From an uncultured Nitrososphaerota archaeon (GTDB taxonomy: Archaea > Thermoproteota > Nitrososphaeria > Nitrososphaerales > CADDZS01): 64,000 nt of DNA. The notes under the pieces are model-generated. The model ran no database searches. It was given only the letters and a program-made list of their open reading frames with translations, and was not told the origin of the DNA. The position numbers and the translations under genes are program-made. Positions 42,174 to 51,960 of the stretch are shown here, piece by piece; position 1 is the first letter of the stretch, and each line of letters opens with the position of its first letter. The stretch is taken from contig CAWCYI010000004.1 of assembly GCA_963799845.1 (NCBI GenBank), forward strand, positions 1,632,001-1,696,000. The letters run 5' to 3'.

Positions 42174-42974
42174 TTAAGCTCGGGCCTTCACGTGTTGTAG
42201 ACTCTCTCTTTCCGCTCTGAATATTTCTTCTTGGGCATCTGAGAACGATAGCTTGCCGAGATTTGCGTTAATGATTTCTTCATAGTAGGGCGGTTTCGGC
42301 GGCCAGCCCTCTGTCATATATTTGAAAAATTCTTCTTTCGACTTTACCTGAAGTGCGGGATTTGTATCGCGCTCGATTCCTATCTGCGTTCTAACTTTTT
42401 CGGTTGCAAGAAAATGTTTTGCACCGATATGTGCCGGGTAAACTTCCGTGGAGGGATCGAGGGAAAGGAGTTTGTGAAATAGGCTGTCGTACATGAGGTC
42501 GTTATTGCCGCGTCCTAAATCAGTTCGACCGACGTCACCGATGAACAGGCAATCACCTGAAAGCAGTTTGCTTGATTCGGGAGATTCCAGAAGCAGGCAG
42601 ATGTGGTCGGTTGCATGCCCCGGCGTGTATATGACTTTGATTGAAGAAGACGAGCCGATCAAGTCATCTAGACGAGCACCGTCTTTGAGCTTCTCCAATG
42701 GGAAATTTGTCGGGGCGGTCTCATGCATAGCCAGAATAGCTCGGGGAAAAAGAGAGGAAAAATACCGAAGACCGGAGAGGTGGTCAGCGTGGATGTGAGT
42801 ATCGACAAGAGCCACGATCTCCAAATCACGTTCTTTGAGAAATGATTCGTAACGCTCCGTATCGATCAGGGGATCAACGAGGACGCACCTGCCAGTTTTT
42901 TCAGAACCTACCAGGTATGAAGCGCAGCCGGTGTACTCACGGATGAACTGGTGAAAGACAAGCTCTTCGTCCAA
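42174..42974 (-). CDS. MBL-fold hydrolase (glyoxalase II/persulfide dioxygenase-like)
   Basis: DTHIHADHLSG, TPGHATDH, SGDCLFIGDVGRTDL; likely TTG start at 42974. Confidence 0.9.
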   Translation of the reverse strand: MDEELVFHQFIREYTGCASYLVGSEKTGRCVLVDPLIDTERYESFLKERDLEIVALVDTHIHADHLSGLRYFSSLFPRAILAMHETAPTNFPLEKLKDGARLDDLIGSSSSIKVIYTPGHATDHICLLLESPESSKLLSGDCLFIGDVGRTDLGRGNNDLMYDSLFHKLLSLDPSTEVYPAHIGAKHFLATEKVRTQIGIERDTNPALQVKSKEEFFKYMTEGWPPKPPYYEEIINANLGKLSFSDAQEEIFRAERESLQHVKARA

Positions 42975-43046
42975 ATAGCTGAGTACTTCCCTAATTTCAC
43001 AGGATGAGTTTGGAAAGGCACTAATAGGTTCTCTCATTGAGCCGAT

Positions 43047-43454
43047 TTGATTTCCATGGAAATTCATTTTATGAATCCGAAAAGCGTCCACGAGACCATA
43101 GGATACTCTCACGCAGGCTACTTTGATGGACCGGGGCGGGTTGTGTACATATCTGGTCAGGTGGCGCGCAACGAAAAGGGCGAGACTGTCGGAAAGGAGA
43201 ACGTTGAAGAACAGACCAGACAGGCGTACCAAAACCTCTCTAGTATTCTGAGCTCGATGGGAGGGAATTTGGGGAATGTGATAAAGCTGAACATCTACAC
43301 GACGCGGCTCGATCAAGTTTCCGCCATCCGAAAAGTACGTGGAGAGTTTTTTGCTGGAAAAGAGATGCCGTGCGCTACCTTTGTGGGAGTCACCGGTTTA
43401 GTCTCTCCAGATTTCTTGATAGAGATAGAAGCCGTCGCAGTGCTGAATCCGTAG
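43047..43454 (+). CDS. RidA/YjgF family protein
   Basis: GYSHA, VYISGQVA, EEQTRQAYQNL, LIEIEAVA. Confidence 0.93.
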   Translation: MISMEIHFMNPKSVHETIGYSHAGYFDGPGRVVYISGQVARNEKGETVGKENVEEQTRQAYQNLSSILSSMGGNLGNVIKLNIYTTRLDQVSAIRKVRGEFFAGKEMPCATFVGVTGLVSPDFLIEIEAVAVLNP

Positions 43455-43465
43455 TATTCGTGAGC

Positions 43466-43789
43466 CTATGATGGTTTGTGTGCCGGAGCGAAGAATACCA
43501 GAACCTCGAGGTCCTCTTTGATGTCGTTAAACCTGTGCTCAATCCCAGCTCTAACGTAAATGATCGAACCTGGCCTGACGTCCTGTTTTTCGGTTCCGAC
43601 GCGCATTGTTGCACGACCGCGAAGTACGTAATAGACCTCATCTTCACCATGCGGTGTCTGCGGATCTAACTCTCCAGCTTTGAGCTCGTACAACCCAACG
43701 CTCAGATTTTTCTCAGAGATGAACTGGAGGTATAATTCTCCCTTGACCTTGCGTTCAACTTCAATGGCTGATAATTCGAAATACTCCAA
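43466..43789 (-). CDS. Cupin domain protein
   Basis: DPQTPHGEDEVYYVLRG...YVRAGIEHRF. Confidence 0.9.
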   Translation of the reverse strand: MEYFELSAIEVERKVKGELYLQFISEKNLSVGLYELKAGELDPQTPHGEDEVYYVLRGRATMRVGTEKQDVRPGSIIYVRAGIEHRFNDIKEDLEVLVFFAPAHKPS

Positions 43790-43801
43790 ACTCTTTCCTC
43801 C

Positions 43802-45370
43802 TCAAATTGCAAGATTGAGCAAATCTTGTTGCGACCCGACAGTCGGCTGGACAGAATCCGGTATTGAGCCGATGACAAACTTTCCGTTTTGAATATTACC
43901 AGAGACGTAGACGAGCTGAGAAACCGTCGGGATTCCCATGCGGAGCTTGTCCTGAAGCCGCTGCCTGACCCGCTCCAGATACATGTTCACCGCGCGCTCT
44001 GCCTCGAACTTTGTGCTGAGCGCTGGGACAACCGGTGCGCTGGGCGGTATACTCGAGTCCTTGATGTGCGAGTCCGATGCAAAGCCGATGTCCTGCGTAA
44101 GGGATTTTTCTTTTCCGCGGACTCTCTCCCAGTAAGAGGACGGAGCCTTGAGAGAAAAGACATCGGTCACCGTTTCCTCGGGCGACTGCATTAGTCGAGA
44201 AGGATTCAAAGAAAATAATGCGGGTAGGAGTACTCGGTCTTGCATCATCATCCCTTTCTTCATGAAAAGAGATCCTGTGGCAAAAGTATAGTTGAGATCT
44301 ACCACCCAGCAGGCAATCCAAATCGATCCGCCGGCGCTCAAAACTTTTGCCGGTTTTTGTCCCGACCTCGCCATATTGATTACAGCGAAATTGTTGCAGA
44401 GCTCGCGATAGGTTTCGGGCTCGATGTGATCGCCGCTGTGGAGGAGACCCCCAATTGATTTTCTTGAAGACTCGAAACTCTTGGAGTACCTCTCCAGCCG
44501 CTTCATTGCTTCCTGCGACGAAAGTCCGGCCGCGACCCCGGCCTGGGCTCCGTCAACCGAGGTCTTTAGAGACTCGACGATGCTAACCTCGGATTTTATC
44601 CCCGCAAACCACGAGATGATGGGAGTCTGAGTTATCACGCTCTTTTGGGCTTCCTGCAGTTGGGAACTCCCATCAATGAATTTTCTTTGTGCGTCAACGA
44701 GATTTCCCTGGATCAGTAAGGCGAGGCCCTCGTTTGCGGATGCAAGCCCGTCCATCCGCTTTGCCCCCGCGGATCTAGTCGGATCTTTTGCAAGACTTTC
44801 TGATGCGCCGTGAAAATTTCTCGCGACCGTGGCATAGCTGATCGGATCTGATCCGGAAAACATCTTCATGATGTTTGAAACGTAGCCGAGCGTCTCGGAA
44901 GAAATTATCGTGTTGTTGAGCAAGGCAGACTGGTCGTCTGACTGCGCGAACGGGACGAGACCCTGCAGTCGGGCCGACTCATTTAGCATGGACTTTGGAT
45001 CGATAGATGCAGCAAAATACGCAGGAGCAGAGAGAAACGGTGGGACTAGCAGGTAGTTAGAGCACGCGGTCAGGAGCAGCATGTTCATCGTATTTTGCTT
45101 CACCTCGACCCCCTGCCGGATCGAGTTCTCAAAAATCTGGGCTCTTGCCATAGAGTCGATCTGGCTTACGGTCTGCGCACCGGTCGGGACCATCGACTGG
45201 ACCCAGCGATACACGTCGGTTCTCACCTGCTCATAGTACTTTTCGGCATCAACCCTCTGCTGGGAGACACCGCAGTACTGGCAGGTAATTATCTGGGATG
45301 TGGAATCGGCGGGGAGGGGAGCGCCGCAGCCGGAACAGCGGAGCGTGTCCATCTTCTGCAAACGGATCAC
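43802..45370 (-). CDS. Zinc-ribbon-containing hypothetical protein
   Basis: CSGCGAPL...TCQYCG at the N-terminus, then a long helical region. Confidence 0.8.
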   Translation of the reverse strand: MIRLQKMDTLRCSGCGAPLPADSTSQIITCQYCGVSQQRVDAEKYYEQVRTDVYRWVQSMVPTGAQTVSQIDSMARAQIFENSIRQGVEVKQNTMNMLLLTACSNYLLVPPFLSAPAYFAASIDPKSMLNESARLQGLVPFAQSDDQSALLNNTIISSETLGYVSNIMKMFSGSDPISYATVARNFHGASESLAKDPTRSAGAKRMDGLASANEGLALLIQGNLVDAQRKFIDGSSQLQEAQKSVITQTPIISWFAGIKSEVSIVESLKTSVDGAQAGVAAGLSSQEAMKRLERYSKSFESSRKSIGGLLHSGDHIEPETYRELCNNFAVINMARSGQKPAKVLSAGGSIWIACWVVDLNYTFATGSLFMKKGMMMQDRVLLPALFSLNPSRLMQSPEETVTDVFSLKAPSSYWERVRGKEKSLTQDIGFASDSHIKDSSIPPSAPVVPALSTKFEAERAVNMYLERVRQRLQDKLRMGIPTVSQLVYVSGNIQNGKFVIGSIPDSVQPTVGSQQDLLNLAI

Positions 45371-46318
45371 CTGACGTGAGATTCTAGACGCGAAAGTCGC
45401 TTCTCGATATCGCTCACGCGCTGGGATAATGCTCTAACTTCCTGCATCGCCTTCTGGTAGTACATGGACGCGATCTGGTCGGAGACGTTTTTGACGGAGG
45501 AGTAGCATGCCATGCACGCGAGTACGCTATCACCCTGCATGCTCGCCGGAACCTCGGAGCCGTAGCGCGATCTTGTGTAGCCTGTAATATCGGCTCTCAG
45601 GGCCACGTAGTGGAAGGTTAGACCCTGAACCTCTCTGCCGCAAAACCAGCACTTGCCGATCTTTGTCGCGTTTTCCCTTTCCTGGAGGGCTCCGGGCCGG
45701 ACGTTGCGGTAGTCATCACCTGCGAGATCTCAGCTGGGCTACTGCGTCTGAGAGTAGCGACGCGCTCTTTTTTGGGTCGGCGTCGATGAACGAGTTTGCC
45801 TCCACAAGGCTCGCAAGCCCCAGGAGGTAGTAGGCCCGTCGTTGCGGGTCGATTGACTGGTTCATGAGCTTCCAGAGTACGAGGTCGCTGCCGACAAGCT
45901 CCAGGTATTTTTGTGCAAGGTCTCTAAGGTCTGTGACTTGGTTTTGACCCGCAGATTCGGGAGTAAACTGTGCCATGATCGCATAGTCCTTTGAGAGGAC
46001 CAGCGCCTCTTTTTCGAGGTCAGAGGAATTCGCGGGAAAGCCCACATTGAGCTGTACGTTTCCGCAGTCGGCCATCGCCTTGCTTACCTGCGCCCACAGA
46101 TCGGAGCTCTTGAAATTTAGAGCAGAGAACAAAAGCCCGAGAGCTTTTGCCTCGTTTGCCTTTTGCGCATTTCCGGCTTCTGTGTAGTGATTTGAAGCTT
46201 CCTGGAAATGCGTTACGGCGGTGGGCCAATACGCTTGCCCGAGGCTCACGCCTTTTTCATAAGCCTTCTGAAATTCGTCATCGGCTTTTTCCGCCGGCGA
46301 CTTGAAGAGCTGAACCAT
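45367..46318 (-). CDS. TPR-like plus zinc-finger plus coiled-coil hypothetical protein (frameshift near 45720)
   Basis: Helical N-terminal half; manual translation gives KIGKCWFCGREVQG...LACMACY and a C-terminal coiled coil; overlaps the start of the next gene. Confidence 0.7.
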
Positions 46319-46360
46319 GAATCAAACGCGGTTGCGGCGATGTAAATAAGCGTTGGATAA

Positions 46361-46455
46361 ATAGAAGAAGCGACTTTCGAGAACCTGTTAGAGGATTATC
46401 CAGGTATTAGAAGAAAAGATATCAAAGCTGCTTTACAATATGCTGAGCTGGCCAA
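46361..46455 (+). pseudogene. DUF433 antitoxin-like C-terminal remnant
   Basis: ATFENLLEDYPGIRRKDIKAALQYAELA matches the DUF433 pattern; no start codon or N-terminus. Confidence 0.6.
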
Positions 46456-46686
46456 ACATCGATACTCAGAGCCAATACGTCAAGAACGTTCCGTCAACAC
46501 GACGTGTCGTATCCACAATAAGCGAGGGCGTTCGGGGGCGTCACGAGACTATGGGGTATAGCGAGATCTGATATATACAATTTAGAAAATAGATCGAATT
46601 TTTCGGGAATTTTTTACATTCCGTCGATCAAATTCGCCCCAAAACTTAACACCCAGCCTAAAGTCTCGGAGCGACGCGATTTCTAA

Positions 46687-47226
46687 ATGAGATCTCAAAC
46701 AGCACTTCTAACTACGGCGCTTGCACTTTGTATTCTATCATCTGCATCATTCCTTCCAGCGGTCTTTGGATCTTCCAGCAACATGGGATTCAACATAAGG
46801 GCGTACCCAAATGCTCCAAATGTTCCCGTGGTCAAATACCCGACCTATGACGCAACACTTTCTTTCAAACCAAAGTCACTCACAATTACGCAGACCGCCG
46901 GTAGCGGTTGCGGCAGTTATCCTATTTGCGGCATGGGGACAACTAAGCTTACGATAGATAACAAGGGAACATCCATCTTCGCAACCACTGGGGCGTGTAG
47001 TATAACTGTCAAACCGGGTTTCAATGGCAAGAAATCGGAGTCATTACCCTGCTCCTTCCCGACCGGCACGCTTGGGCCTGGAATGAAGGCTACGTTCACA
47101 GACACTGTCACACTGGACAACGTGCCATACGGCAAATACACATTCACAACCATAATAGACATAGTAGTTGGGACCGCCTCTGAACAAACAAAAGCTGGAA
47201 CTTTTACCGTAACAGCAACAGGCTAA
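46687..47226 (+). CDS. Secreted beta-rich (Ig-like) protein
   Basis: Signal peptide, four Cys in the mature part, Thr-rich beta strands. Confidence 0.75.
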   Translation: MRSQTALLTTALALCILSSASFLPAVFGSSSNMGFNIRAYPNAPNVPVVKYPTYDATLSFKPKSLTITQTAGSGCGSYPICGMGTTKLTIDNKGTSIFATTGACSITVKPGFNGKKSESLPCSFPTGTLGPGMKATFTDTVTLDNVPYGKYTFTTIIDIVVGTASEQTKAGTFTVTATG

Positions 47227-47318
47227 TTGAAACAAACTCGAGTACGTGAGTTCTCAAGAATTCACGTGCTCTCTGATTTTTTTCCTTCGAGTTTTTCCGC
47301 TACTGATAATTGGGAGAA

Positions 47319-47537
47319 TTATCTGCGATGCTCTTTCATTCGAAGATTCATTTCTCTCAGCAGTCTTCTCTTTTGGTCTTTGCGCAGCTCAATTTTTCCC
47401 CTTAGGCTTTTCAGTATCTCTGACGGAGTATATCGATCCAGCAATCTTTCCAAAAGCCCGCTAAAGCTCTCGTCTTTTCCCTTGACAGAGACCAGCTTCT
47501 CGTAGACCTCATCTCTTATCGTCAATGTCTTGGTCAT
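47319..47537 (-). CDS. Archaeal VapB-like (DUF217) antitoxin, orphan
   Basis: MTKTLTIRDEVYEKLVSVKGKDESFSGLLERLL; no intact PIN toxin follows. Confidence 0.85.
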   Translation of the reverse strand: MTKTLTIRDEVYEKLVSVKGKDESFSGLLERLLDRYTPSEILKSLRGKIELRKDQKRRLLREMNLRMKEHRR

Positions 47538-47655
47538 ATGATCTCATTGGTGTACCTAATGCTATCTTTAAACATAAAGAGGATATTTTGTGTGCAAAGA
47601 AAATGAACGTTACCCGTTGTCCCGATGCAATGTAGTTTTGGCCGGGAAAACGAGT

Positions 47656-48999
47656 TCAGCCCGATCGCTGAAATAACGAAAATGATTCGTCTAATATTTC
47701 AACTGCGAGTTTTGCTTCATCCTGGCTGATTGCCAGCGATGGCATTACCCGGAATACGTTTCCCCTCAGGCCGTCGTAGGCGGTAAGCAAACCGTTCTCG
47801 TATGCGATGTGATTTACTTTAACAATTTCCTCGTTAGCAGGTTCCTTTCCAGACCGACTTTTAACCAGCTCAACCCCAATCAACAGACCCACGCCCCGTA
47901 CATCTCCTATGATGTCATACTTGTCCATCAAACGTTTCAAGCCTTCCAGAAAGGATTTGCCAACAGTTTCGGCATTCTTGCAAAGGTTGTTCTTTTCTAT
48001 GTAATCAATTGCTGATAACGCCGAAGCACATCCCAGAAGGTGACCTGCTCCCGTAATTGCAAGAGATCCTCTCGGTAGTTTCATGAGGTCTTCACGTCCC
48101 ACGACCGCGCTCATTGGAAGACCATTTCCTAGCGGCTTTCCGATCAGTACCAAGTCCCCCTCAATTCCATGGTGCTCCATCGCGAACATTTTTCCAGTCC
48201 TCCCAAGTCCGGTTTGGACCTCGTCTACCACCAAGACTATTGAATATCTGTCGCTAATTTCTCGCAATCTCTTGAAGAACTTCGTACTCGGTGTAACGAC
48301 TCCCCCATCGCCCTGAATCGGCTCGACGAACACTGCCGCGACATCTTCCGGCGGGACAGTCGTCTTGAAGACGTACTCTTCAAGATAGTCTAGCGCTTTC
48401 ATCTCGCAGTCTTCGCATTTTGGACCGAAGGCGCACCTGTACGAATACGGATATGGAACATGGGTGATTCCCGGAATCATAGGGCCGAAGCCCTTTACCA
48501 TCAAACTGCTCAGACCCTGAAGACCAGTTGCACCCATCGTCCCCAGCCCATGGTTTGAACCTATGAAGCTGATGAACCTGTGACGACCGGTTGCGAGTCG
48601 AGCCACTTTTATTGCAATGTCGGTTGCGTCTGCTCCCGACAGACCGAAGAAGCACTTCTTTTGGAATGAACCAGGCGTCAGACGAACCAGTTTTTCGGCC
48701 AAATTACTTACAAGTTCGTGATAGTAATATCCCGGTATTGCGGAGTAAACAAATTTGCTAGCCTGCTGGACTATTTCGTTGATAACTTCCTGATTTCCAA
48801 GACCGACATTCATCACAGCCGCGCCGGAAACGAGATCAAGGAACACGTTTCCATCGATATCCTCGATGTAACTTCCAATCCCTGATTTCGGAACAAACGG
48901 TAGGTACCGCCAGTTGGATTGCATCAGGTATTTTTCGTCTTTTTCAATCACTGCCCTAACTCTTGGCCCGGGTAGTTCGGTGATTATCTTTGGAACCAA
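47656..48999 (-). CDS. Class III PLP enzyme (GABA-aminotransferase-like; possible amino-acid racemase)
   Basis: DIDGNVFLD, SGADATDIAIK, EPIQGDGG, DEVQTGLGRTG, IGKPLGNG, DVRGVGL. Confidence 0.92.
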   Translation of the reverse strand: MVPKIITELPGPRVRAVIEKDEKYLMQSNWRYLPFVPKSGIGSYIEDIDGNVFLDLVSGAAVMNVGLGNQEVINEIVQQASKFVYSAIPGYYYHELVSNLAEKLVRLTPGSFQKKCFFGLSGADATDIAIKVARLATGRHRFISFIGSNHGLGTMGATGLQGLSSLMVKGFGPMIPGITHVPYPYSYRCAFGPKCEDCEMKALDYLEEYVFKTTVPPEDVAAVFVEPIQGDGGVVTPSTKFFKRLREISDRYSIVLVVDEVQTGLGRTGKMFAMEHHGIEGDLVLIGKPLGNGLPMSAVVGREDLMKLPRGSLAITGAGHLLGCASALSAIDYIEKNNLCKNAETVGKSFLEGLKRLMDKYDIIGDVRGVGLLIGVELVKSRSGKEPANEEIVKVNHIAYENGLLTAYDGLRGNVFRVMPSLAISQDEAKLAVEILDESFSLFQRSG

Positions 49000-49143
49000 A
49001 TTGTCAGACGTTCGCTCACTCTGAAGAATCCTATTAAGATTTTTTAAAGAATATTTCCCGGACTAACAGTTTTCGTTCAGAATCAGACAAATTTACATTA
49101 ATTTCGTAAACCACCTTCCTCGAACGACCCTTTGTTGTGATAA

Positions 49144-50242
49144 TTGGATACGATTAAAAGTATAACAGAAAAGGCAGCTCCCAACAAAATGTCTACCGAA
49201 CAAAATCAGAAATCTTCGGTAATTCGAGTTGGGAATGTGAGCTCCCGTCCAGGCACCAAGCAGTCCGGCCACCTAAAGGTCGGTGAGAAAGCCGCGTCCT
49301 CAATCGAACTCCCAGTTACAATAATTCAGGGAGAGTCTCCCGGGCCGACACTTGTGGTGCTGGCGGGTGAACACGGTTGCGAGTACTGCGGGATTTTTGC
49401 AGCGGTGCGCTTGATAAGGGACATCCAGCCCGGAAGTATCAAGGGGACGCTGATTGTTTTCCCTCTGGCGAATCCCCCGGCCTTCGAAGAGCGATCCCTT
49501 TTCGTGAACCCTATCGATGTCGTGAACTTGTATGCTTCCTATCCCGGATCTGCTGAAGGAACGATTTCGTACATAATGGCGTACAAGATATTTTCAGAGA
49601 TCACTTCGATCGCTGATTATTTGATCCACCTTCACGGCGCCGACTATAACGAATCTCTCGTTCCGTTCAACTATTACGCGCACACCGGAAACTCTGGCGT
49701 GGATTCAATGTCGCGGAAGATGGCGAGTCTGTTTTCCGGTGGACTATGTCCTCGAAGCTGAAAAGGCGACCGATGTCTCGACGGGATCACCAAAGGGTAC
49801 CTCGTACGCGGCGACCGCGGCCGGAACTCTCTACGGCGAGGCTTCCGCAAGGGGGATCCCATCTACGATGTGCGAAGCTGGGCGGGAAGGAAAAATTGAG
49901 GAGATCTTTGTGCAGATTCACTATTCTGGAATCATAAATACAATGAAACTATTGGGCATCTTGCCGGGCACACCAAGTCTGAGAGGAAAACAGACCAAAC
50001 TCACCTCGCCAGTTCTCGTGTCCAATCGAAGGGCTGGAATATTCAACGCCCTTGTGAACATCGGCGACAAAGTAACAAAGGGACAACCCATCGGCGAGAT
50101 TCTGAATTTCACGGGCGATATAGTTGAAACAATAACTACTCCGATCGACGGAATGATTGTTGATAGAATAAATTTCGCAGCCGCCGACGCATTCCCAACT
50201 CAAAAGCAGCCCTACCTATTTTACATAGCAAAGACGGACTAG
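49144..50242 (+). CDS. AstE/AspA (succinylglutamate desuccinylase/aspartoacylase, DoeB-like) deacylase (frameshifted)
   Basis: AGEHGCEYCG, ANPPAFEERS, IHLHG, CEAG and a C-terminal lipoyl-like IGDKVTKGQPIG. Confidence 0.9.
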
Positions 50243-50250
50243 TGGATTAG

Positions 50251-50727
50251 ATGTCCAACAATTCGGACAAAATCGACGGGATCGATCAAAAGATACTGTC
50301 CCTGATTCAAGATAACAGTAGAATGACAATGGTTCAGATTGCAAGAGCAGTTGGAAAAATTTCCAAAGTCGCAGTCTCCTACAGGTTAAAGAAATTGGAG
50401 GATCGGGGAATCATAGAGAAATATTATGCAAAGCTAAATCCAGAAAAACTGAACAGAGGATACCTCGTTATTTCAAGAGCCGTTTGCAGTGTAAAGGGCA
50501 AGAGAGAGATCGCGGTGTCGAAACGGATATCCAGCCTTCCTGGGGTTCAATCTGTATACGGAATTTTTGGCGACTATGATCTGCTCTTCATCGCAAGAAC
50601 GGTAAACAAAGAAGAAGCCAAGAAGCTTCTCGACAAAGTAAATAAGATTCCCGGAGTAACTTCATCGAATACGATAGTTGCACACACGGTTGTCAAGGAA
50701 AGTCTTTCAGTGGATCTTCTGGAATAA
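50251..50727 (+). CDS. Lrp/AsnC transcriptional regulator
   Basis: IDGIDQKILSLIQDNSR, RLKKLEDRGII, GDYDLL. Confidence 0.95.
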   Translation: MSNNSDKIDGIDQKILSLIQDNSRMTMVQIARAVGKISKVAVSYRLKKLEDRGIIEKYYAKLNPEKLNRGYLVISRAVCSVKGKREIAVSKRISSLPGVQSVYGIFGDYDLLFIARTVNKEEAKKLLDKVNKIPGVTSSNTIVAHTVVKESLSVDLLE

Positions 50728-50782
50728 TCAGACGACAATTTCTTGTTTCGGTAAAGTTTTGGGCCGAGCGAAAATTAACGAC

Positions 50783-51943
50783 TCAGACGATTATTTCTTT
50801 CTTAGCTTTTACTAGTTCCAAGCTCTTCTCCAAAGCAGTTGCTGTCCTTTCGATGCACGCATCAGTTGCTGTCAGACCCATGTGTCCCACTCGGATGATT
50901 TTCCCCTTCAACAACGACAAACCTCCAGAAATCATAATCCCAAAATCCTTCTCCATGATCGACCTCACAACGTCTTGTGCTGGATCTGAAAGTGAGATTG
51001 CAGTTACGGTGCTTGAAGCAAAGGCTTCATCCGGAAGTATTTCGAGTCCAATTGTTCTCACTAACTTTCGGAATTTGGCGCTGATCCGCCTGTGGCGTTC
51101 GGTTCGATTATCGAGCCCTTCTTCCAGAGCTATCTGCGCCGCCGCTGAAAGTGCCATAATAACGGAGGTCGGCATTGTCGCGGGGAAAGGATGCCCCCAA
51201 GAACCCCACTCCCGGATGTATCGATCCCAGACTCCAAAACTCAAAAACCTGCCCGCGGTCTCCGAATTGTTTCGAACTGCGTTATTCCATATCTCTCGGT
51301 TGACGGCGAGAGGTACGGCTCCTGCGATTCCAGACAACCCCTTGCTCGCATAGCCGACGCAAATGGCGCAGTTCCAATCCTGCATCGGAATGCGAACCGC
51401 ACCGAACGAAGATATCGTATCTACTATCAGAGGTACACCGAAATGTTTCGACAGATCTCCTATCCCTTGCACCGGATTCAGAACGCCACCAGAAGTCTCG
51501 TTGTGAACGACAACGATTGCTGACAAGTTTTTGCTTTCTTCCAAGAGCCGCCTAACTTCTGACGATGAGATCGGCTTCCCGTATGGAGTATTGGGCTCGA
51601 CAACTTTGATGCCGTGCCGCTCAGCGCACTCTTTCGTTATCTCACCAAAATATCCGTTTCTCAGATTCAGAATTCTGTCGCCCGGCTTTGCGAGATTCGC
51701 GATCGCCATCTCTAAACATGCAGAGCCTGGGGCAGGAACGAGGATTATCTGGTCGTCTGCACCAGCTCCAAATAATTCCCTCATGAGTTCGAGCGTTGAG
51801 GCGTAGAACGTCTTCCATTTCTCGCCGTAATGCAGCATTGGTCGTTTTGACAGGGCATCGAGTACTCGCTGTTCAACCTCCGTTGGCCCTGGAGTCATTA
51901 GAAGCGGAGTCCGTCCTGAGACATCCTCGATGCCAGATTGCAA
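50783..51943 (-). CDS. Class V aminotransferase (alanine-glyoxylate/serine-pyruvate family)
   Basis: LLMTPGPTEV, NGYFG, VHNETSGG, IVDTISS, ASKGL, IRVGHMG; start trimmed from the ORF track. Confidence 0.92.
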   Translation of the reverse strand: MQSGIEDVSGRTPLLMTPGPTEVEQRVLDALSKRPMLHYGEKWKTFYASTLELMRELFGAGADDQIILVPAPGSACLEMAIANLAKPGDRILNLRNGYFGEITKECAERHGIKVVEPNTPYGKPISSSEVRRLLEESKNLSAIVVVHNETSGGVLNPVQGIGDLSKHFGVPLIVDTISSFGAVRIPMQDWNCAICVGYASKGLSGIAGAVPLAVNREIWNNAVRNNSETAGRFLSFGVWDRYIREWGSWGHPFPATMPTSVIMALSAAAQIALEEGLDNRTERHRRISAKFRKLVRTIGLEILPDEAFASSTVTAISLSDPAQDVVRSIMEKDFGIMISGGLSLLKGKIIRVGHMGLTATDACIERTATALEKSLELVKAKKEIIV

Positions 51944-51960
51944 AATTACTCTCTCCTTAG

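Noticed and set aside
42975-43316. N-terminal extensions of the MBL hydrolase (also of the GNAT to 40424 and the class V aminotransferase to 52135)
   Set aside because: They overlap neighbouring real genes; downstream starts fit family lengths better.
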